A stretch of 64,000 nucleotides of DNA from contig CM082577.2 of assembly GCA_040954595.2 (NCBI GenBank), positions 13,337,903-13,401,902 of the forward strand, read 5' to 3'. Made by a program: the position numbers and the translations under genes. Positions within the stretch are counted from its first letter, which is position 1. Every line of letters begins with the position of its first letter. Under the pieces are notes generated by a model. It did no database searches. It had not been told where the DNA came from and saw only the letters and a list, made by a program, of their open reading frames with translations. Positions 14,283-26,300 of this stretch are shown here, piece by piece. Origin of the DNA: Balanoglossus misakiensis. Its lineage: Eukaryota; Animalia; Hemichordata.

Positions 14283-16519
14283 TATCTGCCACTACATGTT
14301 GGTGAATGGCTGGCTGTTGATGTTGTGGGTTGAAATCCGAACTATGATTATCGCGGGTACAAATCACATTTATTTTCTCAGAGACAACACGTTTGCAACT
14401 TCGGGACAGAAAGGTGAAAACGAACGTCATTAGTTCTTGGGAAAAAACCTCTGAAATCAATTTCGGTGAGGTCAAATGTGTTCCAAAGGCAAACCGTTTC
14501 TGGTAAACAAATCAATGGCAAATAGTTACTTCGGCGACTTACCAATCAGTCAACATGTCTGCCAAATCGTTGGATATCCCGGTTTCATCTCGCGATCATT
14601 CCATCTTCCGATATGGCGTTGCATGGTTAAATTCGTCTCTTCTTTGCCGACATAGTTGGGCGACAGCACAGCGGTCCAGAAGCATAGACAGCGACGCCAT
14701 CTTGTTTACAACGTGAAGTATCAACTGCGCATGCCCAATGGCTGTTGATTGGAAAGTGGGCAGACCTGACCAGCAAGATCCAGGGTTCGCTTGACCTGCC
14801 AAACACGGTTATTCTCCCTGGGCCAAATCATTTAAGCGCCAGGCGTAATACATCACATAATTAACTGGAAATCTAAACAGTCTTCCACCTATATATCAAC
14901 TCGTGTACTTATTAAACCCGCAACCGCACAAATAATGAGTTACATGTATTTGATTAAAATTGATTAAAATGGTTACAACTCTCATAGTTTCTAATAATAT
15001 TACAAAGTGCCAACATCAACAAAATATAATTAATCACTGGTATCGCTGACATACCACGTTGTAACTTGTCGCGGAAAACAAGATAATTGATCTAATGGTG
15101 TCATTTGTTTTAAAAAAAGTGCTTAATAACTATTGATCCCATTGATATATTTCTCCATATTTATATATTTTTCGCAAATTTTGACTGCTGGGGCTACTAA
15201 TAGCATTGTGATCACAATGGATTGACCACCTCCCAGCTGCGTTATAAAAGAATGCCTATTCTGTGGACACTAGCCTCATCGAAGACCGAACCTGTTCATC
15301 GATGTTTCCAGTCATGACGAACTCCAATGCAGCCGTCGCAGTCATTCTGGCTTTCCCGCTGAGGGCGCCTCTGGGGACAGCAATTCCCAACAAGTTGCGG
15401 GTAAGTAATCGCACAACCTATATGAGTGAAAGTTTCTTGTCATTTTCGCAACGTAAAGGTTGATATTCTCTTCTTGGATCGAAAATGTGTGACACAACAA
15501 AATTCAATCTGCGTGGCAGGGTAAGCTGTGTATTTTGCCCCGAGGCATAGTCGTAAGACATATAGCCCTAACACGCGAAGCCAGCTTATCCTTTGATCAC
15601 ATGGCAGCGTTATTCTAAATATTTTACAGCATGCCGTAAAGGACCAACACGGGCCACTTGAAGAGGCCAACACTCAGCAGAGACGGCAAAATATTAACGG
15701 AGATGAGCCCCAGCAATAAATTAATATTGTTCCATTTATTTAGAAAACGCCGCATAATTAGCCAACCAATCATGGTTATGAGAAACCTCCAAAATACAAT
15801 GTATCGATATTTACTGCATCTGTTCATACTTCTCACGCGCTTTAAAAACCCTATAGCTGCTAAAATTGGCATATTTTTTCCAGAGTAAAATACTTAATAT
15901 GCATATTCCCTATCCTCTAAAATCTTCACCCGTGAACATTAAGCCATATTACTTGCATTTGCATCGGTTTGTCATCACTTGGCGTCGCATTTCACGATAG
16001 CTGCTTAGCTGCTATTGTTTGTATGAAGGCTGATTATATTTAACGGTGCAAGTTCAATGTTGAGAAATAAGAAAACAATTTGAGCAGAATTCATTTAACA
16101 TTAATTGCAATTCCGTTTCACCGCATTTTATAGGGTGCTGGCTAAAATTCATAGTATGGTGGATTACCTGTTATGCATTTCTTTCCCTATTTCGTCTGGC
16201 AGATTTGAGTTTGACAAGCTGTCATTTTCCTTTCAGCTCCGCAAAATTGATGGATTTACTTTGACAGCACACAGACTGTCCATTTGTCATCGGAGATACA
16301 AGCAGCATCAGGTGCCGAACAGCTTGCAGCAGTGTTGGAAAAGAGTACACCACACTAACTTGCAAGAGTGCTTTGGCCCTTTCTTCACACTGTCCGAAAC
16401 TTGTTGTGTTACATCATGATTGCTTAATGAATACACAGGTATTTAGCGTTCCATTCAATACCTACAATAGATAAAAGGCTGTCGGTCTGTATGCGACAAT
16501 TTTCAATGTTCTTATGAGC

Positions 16520-16715
16520 ACAAGGCTTTATTCAGGGAACGTTTTACAGTAAGAATTATATGATATAAACTGAATAAGTTTGTTGTCTGCCAACTTTTCT
16601 GTCTTTGTCTTACCGATACGGTTCTAACCGCGAACACTGAGGCTTCTCTGCTCGTACACAGTATAAAACAATGGATGATAAAATGCGCCCTCTTTTGGTG
16701 AACTCTTCCTACCGC
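16520..16715. repeat. Dispersed ~200-bp repeat with an inverted copy at ~48978-49178
   Basis: TTATTCAGGGAACG...AAATGCGCCCTCTTTTGGTGAACTCTTCCTACCGCC is the reverse complement of 48982-49171. Confidence 0.85.
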
Positions 16716-16946
16716 CCGACCTTCTACCTTGCTCCATTAAGGCATGTAGGGCGGTCAGGTAGATGGCAGTGTATTGCAAGCGTCTCTTGCATATTTTTTT
16801 CGCCGGGACTGGCATACATTCGTTTTTGGCGACAGCACAACTGCTGGAACTTCTCGAAAAATTGAGAGCCGGATTTCATAAATGCTCATGTTTTCCGAAG
16901 GGCTGAAAGAAGATCCAGAGTGGAATATTTAAATTTGCCTGTGGCA

Positions 16947-17401
16947 GACATCATAGTGGCTGCCAGTTATTCTATTTCTTGTGCAAGAGATATAGTATCT
17001 TGTTCCAGCGAGATGTTTTCTCGTGTGCACGAGAAACATGCTATCTCGTGCCGACGTGAAAATATCTCGTGCGCACGAGAAAATTGCGAGCGCAATATAT
17101 CACATGCACACGTAAGTCGTGCGCACGAGATAAAAAAATGTGCCCTGTAGTCTTTCTTAGGACATGATAGCGTGACGTCGCATTGTAATTAACGGACGAT
17201 CTTGGAAATCGGCTATTAATGGAGAATGGACTTCCGCCTCCTTCGAACAACAACAGAGACTGACGTCGCAACAATGATAGAAAAGGTGAAGCAAATGTAC
17301 CTATTTGAAATGTTTCCGCAGTAAGATCATTGAAAGTTTTCAAACGTTGGTGACAAATGTATAACTGATTTTTTACAAAGAAATAATCGCGCACTTGCAT
17401 G
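16947..17401 (+). repeat. Internally deleted copy (D) of the composite element head, including a ~210-bp MITE-like unit with TCGTGCGCACGA palindromes
   Basis: Matches 30500-30855, then jumps to 31635-31744. Confidence 0.85.
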
Positions 17402-18133
17402 CCATTGCTGGACGGGAAGTGAGGTGAACTCGTGATGTGTTCAAATCCGTAGTTTTTCGCGAACTCTTTGAATTCTTTGCAATCGAATTGCGGTCCGTTG
17501 TCAGAAATCAAGCGATGGCATATTCCATGCTCGTCGAACATCACTTTCATGTGGTTGATGATCGATCTCGAACTGAGGTTGCTCAGTTTGCGTACCAGTG
17601 GGAATTTAGAATATTGGTCGGCTACCAATAGGTATGTTGTTTTGTTCCCAGTAGAACAAGTCGGTCGATAGCGTGTGCCATGGTCCGGGTGGCACGTCGT
17701 ATGAGTGCAGCGGTTCTTTGGGCAGCGAGTTTTGGTACTTTTGGTACGTTGGGCAGTTGCGTACCATCTGTTCAATGTCATTATTCATGCCTACCCAATA
17801 GACTGCAGATTTGGCGCGTAGCCGGCATTTCTCTATGCCCTGGTCTGCGAGATGAATCTTCTCCAGCGCCATTTTGCGTAATGACTTGGGTATGACGATT
17901 CTGTTACCCTTGATGACGACTCCATCCGCTACACCTAATTCTTCTCGGAATGTCCAATACGGAAGCAAGTGAGTTGGACACTCGGCGCGCGCGTCTGGCC
18001 AACCTTTCATTACCATGTTTCGAAGCGCGGTTAGCTCAACATCGCGGGCGGTCTCTTCGCGGAACTGATCAAGTCGAGCGGGCGAAGCACTCAGGTTCAT
18101 CTGATGTACTGTAATGTCGAGACCTTCGAGCCA
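17398..18133 (-). mobile_element. Ty3/Gypsy LTR retrotransposon pol fragment (integrase zinc finger and DDE core), frameshifted and truncated
   Basis: GWP...LLPYWTFREEL...RIVIPKSLR...IHLADQGIEKC...YWVGMNNDIEQMVRNC, PWHTLSTDLF, frameshift, then YLLVADQYSKFP...ISDNGPQF...HITSSPHFPSSNGM. Confidence 0.92.
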
Positions 18134-20589
18134 TGCACTGCTAACCTTTAACCCCAAGGGTCTGTGCATTTTCAGACTATTTATTTTTACTGTACTCACT
18201 TTTGTGTTTTACACGGCCAACTCTGTTACCCAACCATGGAGACAGAGTTTGCTTTTATTTGACATTTTTGTTAACAAATGGCAAGACTATATTTTAGATA
18301 AGTGATTAAAATAACTAGCGATATCAAGCAGGATTCACTCTGTAGTGTTACTGATAAAATGCTGCTTTGTTGCAAAGCAATAATTTGTTTTATCTGTGTT
18401 TATTCAAGGGCTGTTCACCGACACCACACACCGTTATTGTACCGACACCGACCGGAGCGCTGGCGGGGATTGCGAAGACGACGCCTTTGGCAGAAACTGC
18501 AGATATTCATGTAACGACGACGGTTGCGATGCGTATGGCGGTCCAGCGGTCTGGTGGCATCTTTCGTTTTTTTGGCGGCCACGCGCTTTTTAAATCAGAT
18601 ATCAACACCTTATTTGCTCGCAGCCATTTTCTAAGGAGTAGTATGTCACTATGGTTACGGACAGAATTCAATCCACACAACCTACGATTTATTTTATTTT
18701 TCAGTAACTTCCTTTGAAATCGGATAGTCTAAACGTTATGTATTTGAAGTTCAAGCTGTACTAGTTCGAATTCCCAGTGTTCGGTCATTTACAACATTAT
18801 TATGGGAATATGTTACGATATCTGACAGCAATAGTTGAACCAGAATGACTTTTTGCGCGTGTATAAAGCTTGGTTTAGGGCATGGCTATAGAAAGAACTC
18901 TTCACTAGTTTTCTGTATAAAGTAATGTCACATGACTATTATGCAAATTTTTAAACAAACGTCATCAGAAAATGTCAGCCTTTACTAGTTTCAGATGACG
19001 ACATGTACCTTAAATGTCCGAGGAACATAAATCCACAACACTTTTCGTTCTTATTATTTTTTCTTGTGGTCAGTTCAAGTAAAATCTCTCAGGGATTTAA
19101 CTTCTCTGTCAGGTATGTGAAGCTAGCAAGAACTATTATTTCGAACCTCCTTATTAATATCAGCTTGGCATTCACTCAAAATGGCGACAGGATTTCCGTC
19201 GTTATGCAAATAATGGGGATTTTTTTATTTACATCATCGTTCATTGGATTGACCACAGGCGATTCCCAGAGCAGTTAATTGTTAATCACACACTGTGACT
19301 ACAGAATTTTACTTTGCTATGTTAATAAAAAAATATCGATGTCTGACGCAGGCTGGGCTCAAAGTGTGTATATTTACATGTCAAAACCATGCACCCACAC
19401 CACCGATGTGTAATGCAAACGATGTAGCCCCCCCCTCTCTCCCACCCTTACCCTCTCTGGCTCTCCCTCTCTCCCCCTCTCTCTATGATTATCATCTCTC
19501 TAGGTTCCTTACTGCGGAAATATGTTTCTGATATGTTCGTGCGAGGTCAGAGTCTTTGTTTACAAAACCTGCGCCGTGCAGTACCGTTTCTATTTACATC
19601 GCTGTCTGAACGATAAAAATAGTCACTGATAAGCAGATGTTTACCTATAGCAGGGATCTGTCACCTCTATTTATATGCAAATGACAGGAACTGTAGTAGT
19701 TTTTGTAGAATATCAGTAATATCAGTGAAAAACGAAAGAAAACTTAGATTTTGGCACGACAGTCTGCTACATAACCAAAGGAACACGTGATTCAATATGA
19801 GTAAGTTTCTTAGAGGGCTACAGCAACGACAGTGTCAATGCCAAAAGTGCTAAATCCTTACAACATTTCAATAGTTTTGTCATCACCTGGACTTGATATG
19901 ATGTCATCCGTACTGTAAACTACATTTAGAATGAAAACACAAGGCTCCAAATGAATTTCGCAGCCTTGATACACTACGTGTAGGACAAACTACTTTGGAG
20001 CAAAGCACACACTACTCTGGGTTACATGAAAGTAGGACATATAGATAAAAGAAGCAGGTTTCAGAGACTGAGTAATCATAACATGTTTTTTATCATGATA
20101 TTTGTTGGGATACGTGAGCAGTGTAAGCGATAACGTGGCGAAACTGGTTATTTTTGGAAACTTGTCATTTGTGAATAATTGCCACGCTCTCACTCGGTGG
20201 GGTCGGAGATGGACAATATGAAAAATCGATATCTCCGTCGAACTTTGAAAATTCTTTAAAATGCTTAGTCATGCTGTGTGCTTAGGTTCAAGGAGGTCCT
20301 TTATAATTGCGGTGACAAAAAGCTATCTTGATGCGAATATTTGCAGGTACGTGCTCGTCATATCGGCTATCCTACTAAGGCAGTCATCAATAATTGAAAA
20401 AAAAATTAACGGAGGCAGGATGCGTTATCTTTGCACTGGCATGGGTACAGGGTAACCATAAGTGCCGTGCAGAGCCTATTAGCAATGTTTCATAAATCTT
20501 ACTCATTGTCAATCAATCGTGGAGTCTGAGCATCTGTACGCGAAAGCTACACATCCGGAAAAGACTGATTGTGAACGGCGAAAATTGCA

Positions 20590-20595
20590 TATAAA
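20590..20595 (+). promoter_or_regulatory. TATA box of the subtilase gene
   Basis: TATAAA upstream of a probable short non-coding exon ending AG|GTAAGA at 20652, with acceptor CCCAACAG at ~20755 just before the ATG at 20770. Confidence 0.45.
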
Positions 20596-20769
20596 CCCCA
20601 AGAGGCTTGCACACACTTCACCACATCCAGTCTGATCCGCTGAGTGAAACAGGTAAGAAAAAGTTTATTACCAACTTTTGTAGAGAAATTTCAGCTCGAA
20701 GGCTCGTGTGTCCCTCCAACAAATGTCTACCAGCTTCTTGTTTCTTTCCCAACAGATTATTGTTCCAAC

Positions 20770-23128
20770 ATGCGTGTCTTCATCTTCGCTCTCTTCGTGG
20801 CCGCTGCCTCTGCAGCTAGCCTCTACCAGTCTTCTAGTGCTATCCCAAACAAGTACATCGTGAAGCTGAACGTAAGTCAAAGAAATTCATTCATGTATAG
20901 TAGTTCATCCAATTCCTGAGATAAAACTATAACATCGAGGCGCAATGTTACCATAGAAAACACTGCATTTGGACCACACCATTGTGGTGAAAGGGTTAAA
21001 GGCAATCTTTCTGTTTCCTTCACTTCTCCAGGCTAATGTCAATGCCAACGCCTTTGCAAAGAAACTCCCCTTGGGTGTAACCGTCACAAAGGTATGGACC
21101 ACTGTCCTGAACGCAGTTGCCGTGGAGACCAAGAACGTCAACGTGGTAAGTGATTATACAGTTCTAAGACTCGCTTCTGTGAAAGACTGACACTACACCG
21201 GCCCCCTTGGAGCGCATTCATTTTTCTGGTGGTCATGACATCTTGCAGATGGCATCGTCTTCAACAACCAGACAGTGACCATAAGTACCATCCTCTGAGC
21301 AGGCGACAATTTGTGACAATGCATTGATTGGCTGGGTCTCCCTGAACAGTGTGAACAATGCTGATGGTGTGTTTATAAGCAGAAGCGTCGCGCATGTGCA
21401 GTTCAGACGACACTCCCCTTTAACTAACTTGTCCCTTCTTACAGCGTAATTATGTACACCTCTCCACTTTTGCAGCTCCTCGCTCTTGGCGGAGTTGAGT
21501 ACGTCCAAGAAGATTCTCTGGTCACTGCTTCTGTCGGAGGTGTTTGGAGTCGTGCCTTAAAGGGCGTGAAAAGAAACGCTGCTCCTGGTAAATCAACGTT
21601 TATAGCTAGACCATTTTCCGAACTCCCGCGAGACCCTGCGAGATCTTGCATGGAAGACAAAGCCACAATTCAACCTTTGGAGTGTTTGTGGCAGGACATG
21701 TATGATTTTCTTCTCTGACTTCACTGTAAGGTTCAGATTATCATATTGCAAGTGTTTCTGGAATAGAGTGACATTGTACATGTATAACGTGTTGTATCTC
21801 AACATCCCACCCTTTAGCCGCTAGCGCAGGCATCTATGTTGTGGATACTGGTCTTCGTTTCTCTCATGTTGAATTCGGAGGTAATGCATCGCCATTCTAC
21901 GATTTCGAGGGAGGCAACGTAAGTGTAACTATTTAATATTTCTTAGCTCTGTTCTCGTGTATTTCTTCGCGTTTTTATAGTTTCTGATCATACTGTAGTT
22001 CATTCTGTATAAGTTAACTGAGATAAAACCAAGAATAGCAGTATCCATGTAAACTTGATGATATCCCTTCTTCCTGACAGGGCGGAGATTGCAATGGACA
22101 CGGTACACACGTTGGTAGCGTCGCTGTTGCTCAGTCCAATGGTGCCGCGTCATACAGCGTCCGTGTTCTGAATTGTGCCGGATCTGGAAGTACATCTGAC
22201 ATCATTGATGGTAAGTTATACGATATTAATAGACCATTTCCCGAACCCCACGAGACCCTCCGATATCTCGTGTGACTAGGCAGTTACATTTATATGGGAA
22301 GACATTCTCCTGTGAAACAGGACAAACAACGTCTAGCCATTTGACATTACTTAGGACCTTGTTGACTAGGCGTTTTGTTTTAGAGACAGCATTAATTCAT
22401 TGTGCTATTGCAGGTCTTAATGCAATCATCGCCGGCGGAGATGCTGCCACCAGCGTTGTGAATCTGTCATTCGGTGGATCTGCCAACTCTGCCCTTGATG
22501 ATGCCGTCAGAAGCGTCATCAGTGCTGGTTTTGCAACTGTTGTTGCTGCTGGCAACAATGGAGACAATGCCTGCAACTACTCCCCAGCCCGCGTTGTTGA
22601 GGTGAGTAGGTTGTTAACATGAATGGTACATGTTTAAAGCTGTACACACGTGAACTAGGTACAACAGTATATTGTGATTATAGGATATCCAGATTTATCA
22701 TACACAACCTGAATTTTATGAAACTGCTGGCGTCAGTGTAACTGTTCTGCTATTTGCTTCAATCCCCCAGGCTACCACCGTCGGAGCTGAAGGCGAGGCA
22801 TGGTCCAACTATGGAGCATGCGTGGATCAATACGCCCCTGGCACTGACATCAACGGAGCCAGCCATGAGTGTGATACTTGCTATGTGACTTTGAGTGGAA
22901 CATCTCAGGCGGCCGCTCACGTGTCTGGTAGGTCAACTCCCTGACGTTTCTACAACGCTGTTTTAGCCTGGAACTTGGCGTTCTGTACCAAAAGAGGCGC
23001 AACACAGATTCAGTCTGAACTATCTTTTGCATTTGTGATTGACAGTTAAATTGTCACATTCAATGTATGCATGGACTCATCCTATTCTATCTTTGCCACA
23101 TTTAGGTACCACAGCTGCTGGTTTGTAA
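20770..23128 (+). CDS. Secreted subtilisin-family (peptidase S8, proteinase K/PCSK9-like) protease with I9 propeptide, ~308 aa
   Basis: Exons 20770-20871, 21032-21145, 21476-21587, 21818-21918, 22081-22210, 22414-22601, 22771-22927 and 23106-23128 are all GT-AG and phase-compatible (927 nt). Signal peptide [15 protein letters not shown]; catalytic triad VVDTG, HGTH, SGTSQA; oxyanion-hole AAGN; AATAAA at 23202. Confidence 0.92.
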
Positions 23129-23340
23129 GTCAACACAGATTCAAAGCCTGGGGTAATCAAGCCTGTTTTGTAATTTAAAATGTATCTTTAAAAATCTGAT
23201 TAATAAACCCTTCGTTGAGTTCAGAGCATTATTGGGTAGCTGTGAATATTTGAAAAAAAAACCTGTGAGATTGTTTTGTGAAGAGTGATTATTGTGTGGT
23301 ATTTGTCAAAGAAGCATCCATTGGACTCCTTTTGACTTTA

Positions 23341-23555
23341 AGGGGAGAACCATTTCATTTCTGGGGAGATGGAGGATGTGTGTATAAAAATCAGCAAAGT
23401 TTTTCAGTCACATTTCTTATTGGATTACCAGTCCATCGTTTCTTCAGGGCATTTCAGGAGAATTTTATTTCCTCGGCACCATCTGCTGACAATTCCCTTC
23501 GCCAAAATCCTCCATCTACCCCCCCCCCTCCCCCGAAATCAAATGGCTCTCCATT
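23341..23555. mobile_element. Degenerate Harbinger-like MITE
   Basis: GGGGAGAACCATTTCATTTCTGGGG at the left end versus CCCCGAAATCAAATGGCTCTCC at the right end. Confidence 0.45.
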
Positions 23556-25667
23556 CTAGTTTGCAGAACCATTGTCATTGTCGTGAGACCACCTGTCTCA
23601 CACACAAAGCACATTCTCAATACTGCTGCAATGTTTTGCTCAGTGGTGGCGCGGCGCTCTGGTGGAAATGGATATCTATGATCATCGCGTGCTCATTTGC
23701 GGCCAATCGGCCAACGCACTTCTAAATCACATGTCATTATAATTTGACGCCGAACGTGACCCACAAAACCAGGCCCCAAATCAAACCCACGTGGCCACAA
23801 ACACGTATAGTCTTGCATGGACAAAATGAACAGAGTCTCCCCCCCCCCCGCCCTAAATGACGAGCAGTACATAACACTAGCTGTATACATCCACGCCATT
23901 TCAATAATATCGTTCTATGGACAATAACATGGGAAACGACAAAGATTCACTTAACCTTCCCACGCCACTCGTTCTTTATGTTGGACCAACGCCTGCGATT
24001 GAAAGCGTTGCCAATTAAGAGAGAGTAAAACGGATCAACTATTTTACCGTTTGCACTGCTAACCTTCGTGGCCAAAGGTTCACTTGGATTACACGCCCTT
24101 TTCCTGTTCGCATTTGTAGCAGGCATACAAAATATGAATGAACATACCAGTTTGTTTCTCTAACACACACAACACAAAGAGAACACTGAGCAGCAGCAAA
24201 CTCAATGTTGTTCAATGGTTTGAGTGACACCGGCCAACCTTTTGAATCAAATCCTATCAAAACTTATAAAACTGGTTACCTTTTGATTAAAATATTAACT
24301 GCCGTCGCTCACAACAGTGGGCAACGTAGATTTTGCTCCGGTTCAATATGTCTTTCTGTTGTCTCTGTTGAGGAAAAAACCTTCGATGTGTTCCAATTAT
24401 AGTTTGAATCTGTCCTACACATGGAAACGACAAGGTGATACGTCTCAGTACAGTTTTTCATTACCAGGCCAAAAAACAACAGAAAGTAAGACATTTTCCT
24501 ATCTACCCTATTTCTGAATGGCATGTTACGGGAAACAAGATTATTTTTTATTATGGCCTATCACAAGGCCGTTTCTCCTTATCAGAATACAAGTTATGTG
24601 GTGGTAACAGCCTGCCACTGCCTCTATGGTGTTGTTATCCCTGGTCTAGCTAGGGAGTCTTAACTAAAGCCTGTAGATAGAGTGAGCCGTCCGGGCAGAA
24701 AGCAGAAACAGTGCAATGATGGCAGAGCCAGCAACTTCAGACGAATTGGTGTTTTTCGTCAACGGACAAAAGGTATGTAGGTTAAGCCACCCTGTCCACG
24801 TGCATGAGATAATCACAAACCCGTGACAAACAACGTTAGGTCATGTACATGTGCAGGAACCTACTGGACTGACACATCATCACAACCTCATTCTTGTCAT
24901 GTCGCTTTGACCGTGATAAGTACATTGAACTAGTTCGGATGATTATATATGACCCTATTTGCCTACTGCGTGCACGGTGACCAAAGTCTTATTCAGAGGC
25001 TGTGATAGCCACACGTTGACTTTAGTCAAATTGCAACCGACAAACATATACATCGATTTGATTTTGTACATGCTGTCCGTGGACTGGATGTACTTTACTG
25101 GTAGACCGACTTGGTCCACTTTTCAGGCAATAGTTACCAATCGCTTGGCACGGTCACCGTGAGTGACGTTGGTAATAATTTTAGGCCACGGTTTAAATGT
25201 GGGTCAAGAGTTTCCTATCATTCACGTGAAATCGTAAAGCCAACTATTTAGAAGCAGGCCAGTAAAATCTGAAGGTTGGTTTAAATAGAAACGAAAAGAG
25301 AGCCATTTAACCATATCCCAAATTTATTGAGGTATCAGTGAAGCTGCACACCCTCCCCACATCGAGAAGCAGGCTCCGCTTGTTTTTTCATGTGCCATTC
25401 GTACAAGTGGACTGTGCATTTACAACGAGGACTCACACATCGATTGAGTTAAGTTTATTATATAACGTGTTCCAAGGTCCTTTGTGGAAACTGACATTTC
25501 TTGTCGCGGTCGTCAGTTCCACGCGTACGCCTAAAGGGACCCTAGAGTGGTACTCTCAAGAATGATATTACCAAATACGCCGTAAAGTTGATTCTTTTTG
25601 TCTACACAGGTCGTAGAACATGCGCCTTTTCTGGGGACGAGGCTGTTGGGATATTTGCGGGACAATC

Positions 25668-25676
25668 GTATCCTTG
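25668..25676 (+). other. U12-type 5' splice site (GTATCCTTG), XDH-like intron 2
   Basis: Matches the RTATCCTT consensus exactly at the end of the 58-nt exon 2. Confidence 0.8.
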
Positions 25677-25750
25677 CAAATTCACGAAACTTATCTCTTA
25701 GGTCAAGGAGAAACCTCCATGAAATCAATGCAAATTTGATGGACTTCTAG

Positions 25751-25884
25751 AGGGTGACGATCGTCTTATGCGCATTTGTCCAACCAGAGACACTGGTTAC
25801 AAACATCGTTAAAAGTCAATGCGTAAAGGAACAACAACGGTACACGCGACATTACGCACATGCGCATAAGACGGTCGTGGGCCT
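25751..25884. mobile_element. Small Kolobok-like MITE in XDH-like intron 2
   Basis: ACGATCGTCTTATGCGCAT pairs with ATGCGCATAAGACGGTCGT; right end CCT|TTAA. Terminus resembles the one at 2700. Confidence 0.55.
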
Positions 25885-26119
25885 TTAAAGTGTGTTTGGT
25901 CATGACTTGAAATATCACATAAAGATATTAATATTCAACAATCAGAACGTTCAATGACAGTCATGAAGTACGTGTCGCACACGTTAACCTTTTCGTGGGC
26001 CGTCAGCGAGGCTAGAGAATAGACTACAGGCTTTTAAAGCTTCCTATTAGCAATAGAATGACCGTGAAAAGACATTCCGTTATGGTGTCAAGATATGATC
26101 CGTATACTAAAGATATATC

Positions 26120-26300
26120 GTATCCTTTAACAAGAAGCACAATATTACAACAATACATCGACAACTTCACATACTTCTCAAAATGTCAAAGAATGATGAG
26201 AGGTGTTCCCTATCTTGTCTTTAAAATCGAGAAGGAAATTTCTGATTAAATACATGTCCCAAACTTCACAAACTAAATATCTTGACGTGACTAACTCCAG
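26120..26300 (+). other. U12-type GT-AG intron (XDH-like intron 3)
   Basis: Donor GTATCCTTT at 26120-26128, branch-point-like ATCTTGAC at ~26279-26286 shortly before the AG, and no strong polypyrimidine tract. Confidence 0.8.

Larger units (their letters stand above)
5061..14739 (-). mobile_element. Large ORF-less composite repeat, copy A (inverted relative to B and C)
   Basis: Colinear reverse complement of ~31803-39800: 160-bp units (~5275-5600), outer IR arms (~6045-7720 and ~12470-13262), inner IR arms (~9600-9900 and ~10490-10800), conserved core (~9900-10490), GTAT-type microsatellite (~12230-12270) and CpG-rich head (14292-14739). Confidence 0.85.
15302..18593 (+). pseudogene. Possible decayed small secreted Cys-rich (Ly6/uPAR, quiver-like) gene
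   Basis: TATAAAA at ~15243. Weak signal-peptide-like exon 15302-15400 ending at GTAAGT. Cys-rich segment 16268-16438 between AG and GT. Final segment from 18409 reads GLFTDTTHRYC...DCEDDAFGRNCRYSCNDDGCD plus a weakly hydrophobic tail. The frames join only through a frameshift or stop. Confidence 0.3.

Noticed and set aside
20770-23128. Bacterial or fungal contamination, or recent horizontal transfer of the subtilase
   Set aside because: Seven spliceosomal introns in the CDS, six at recalled PCSK9 positions.
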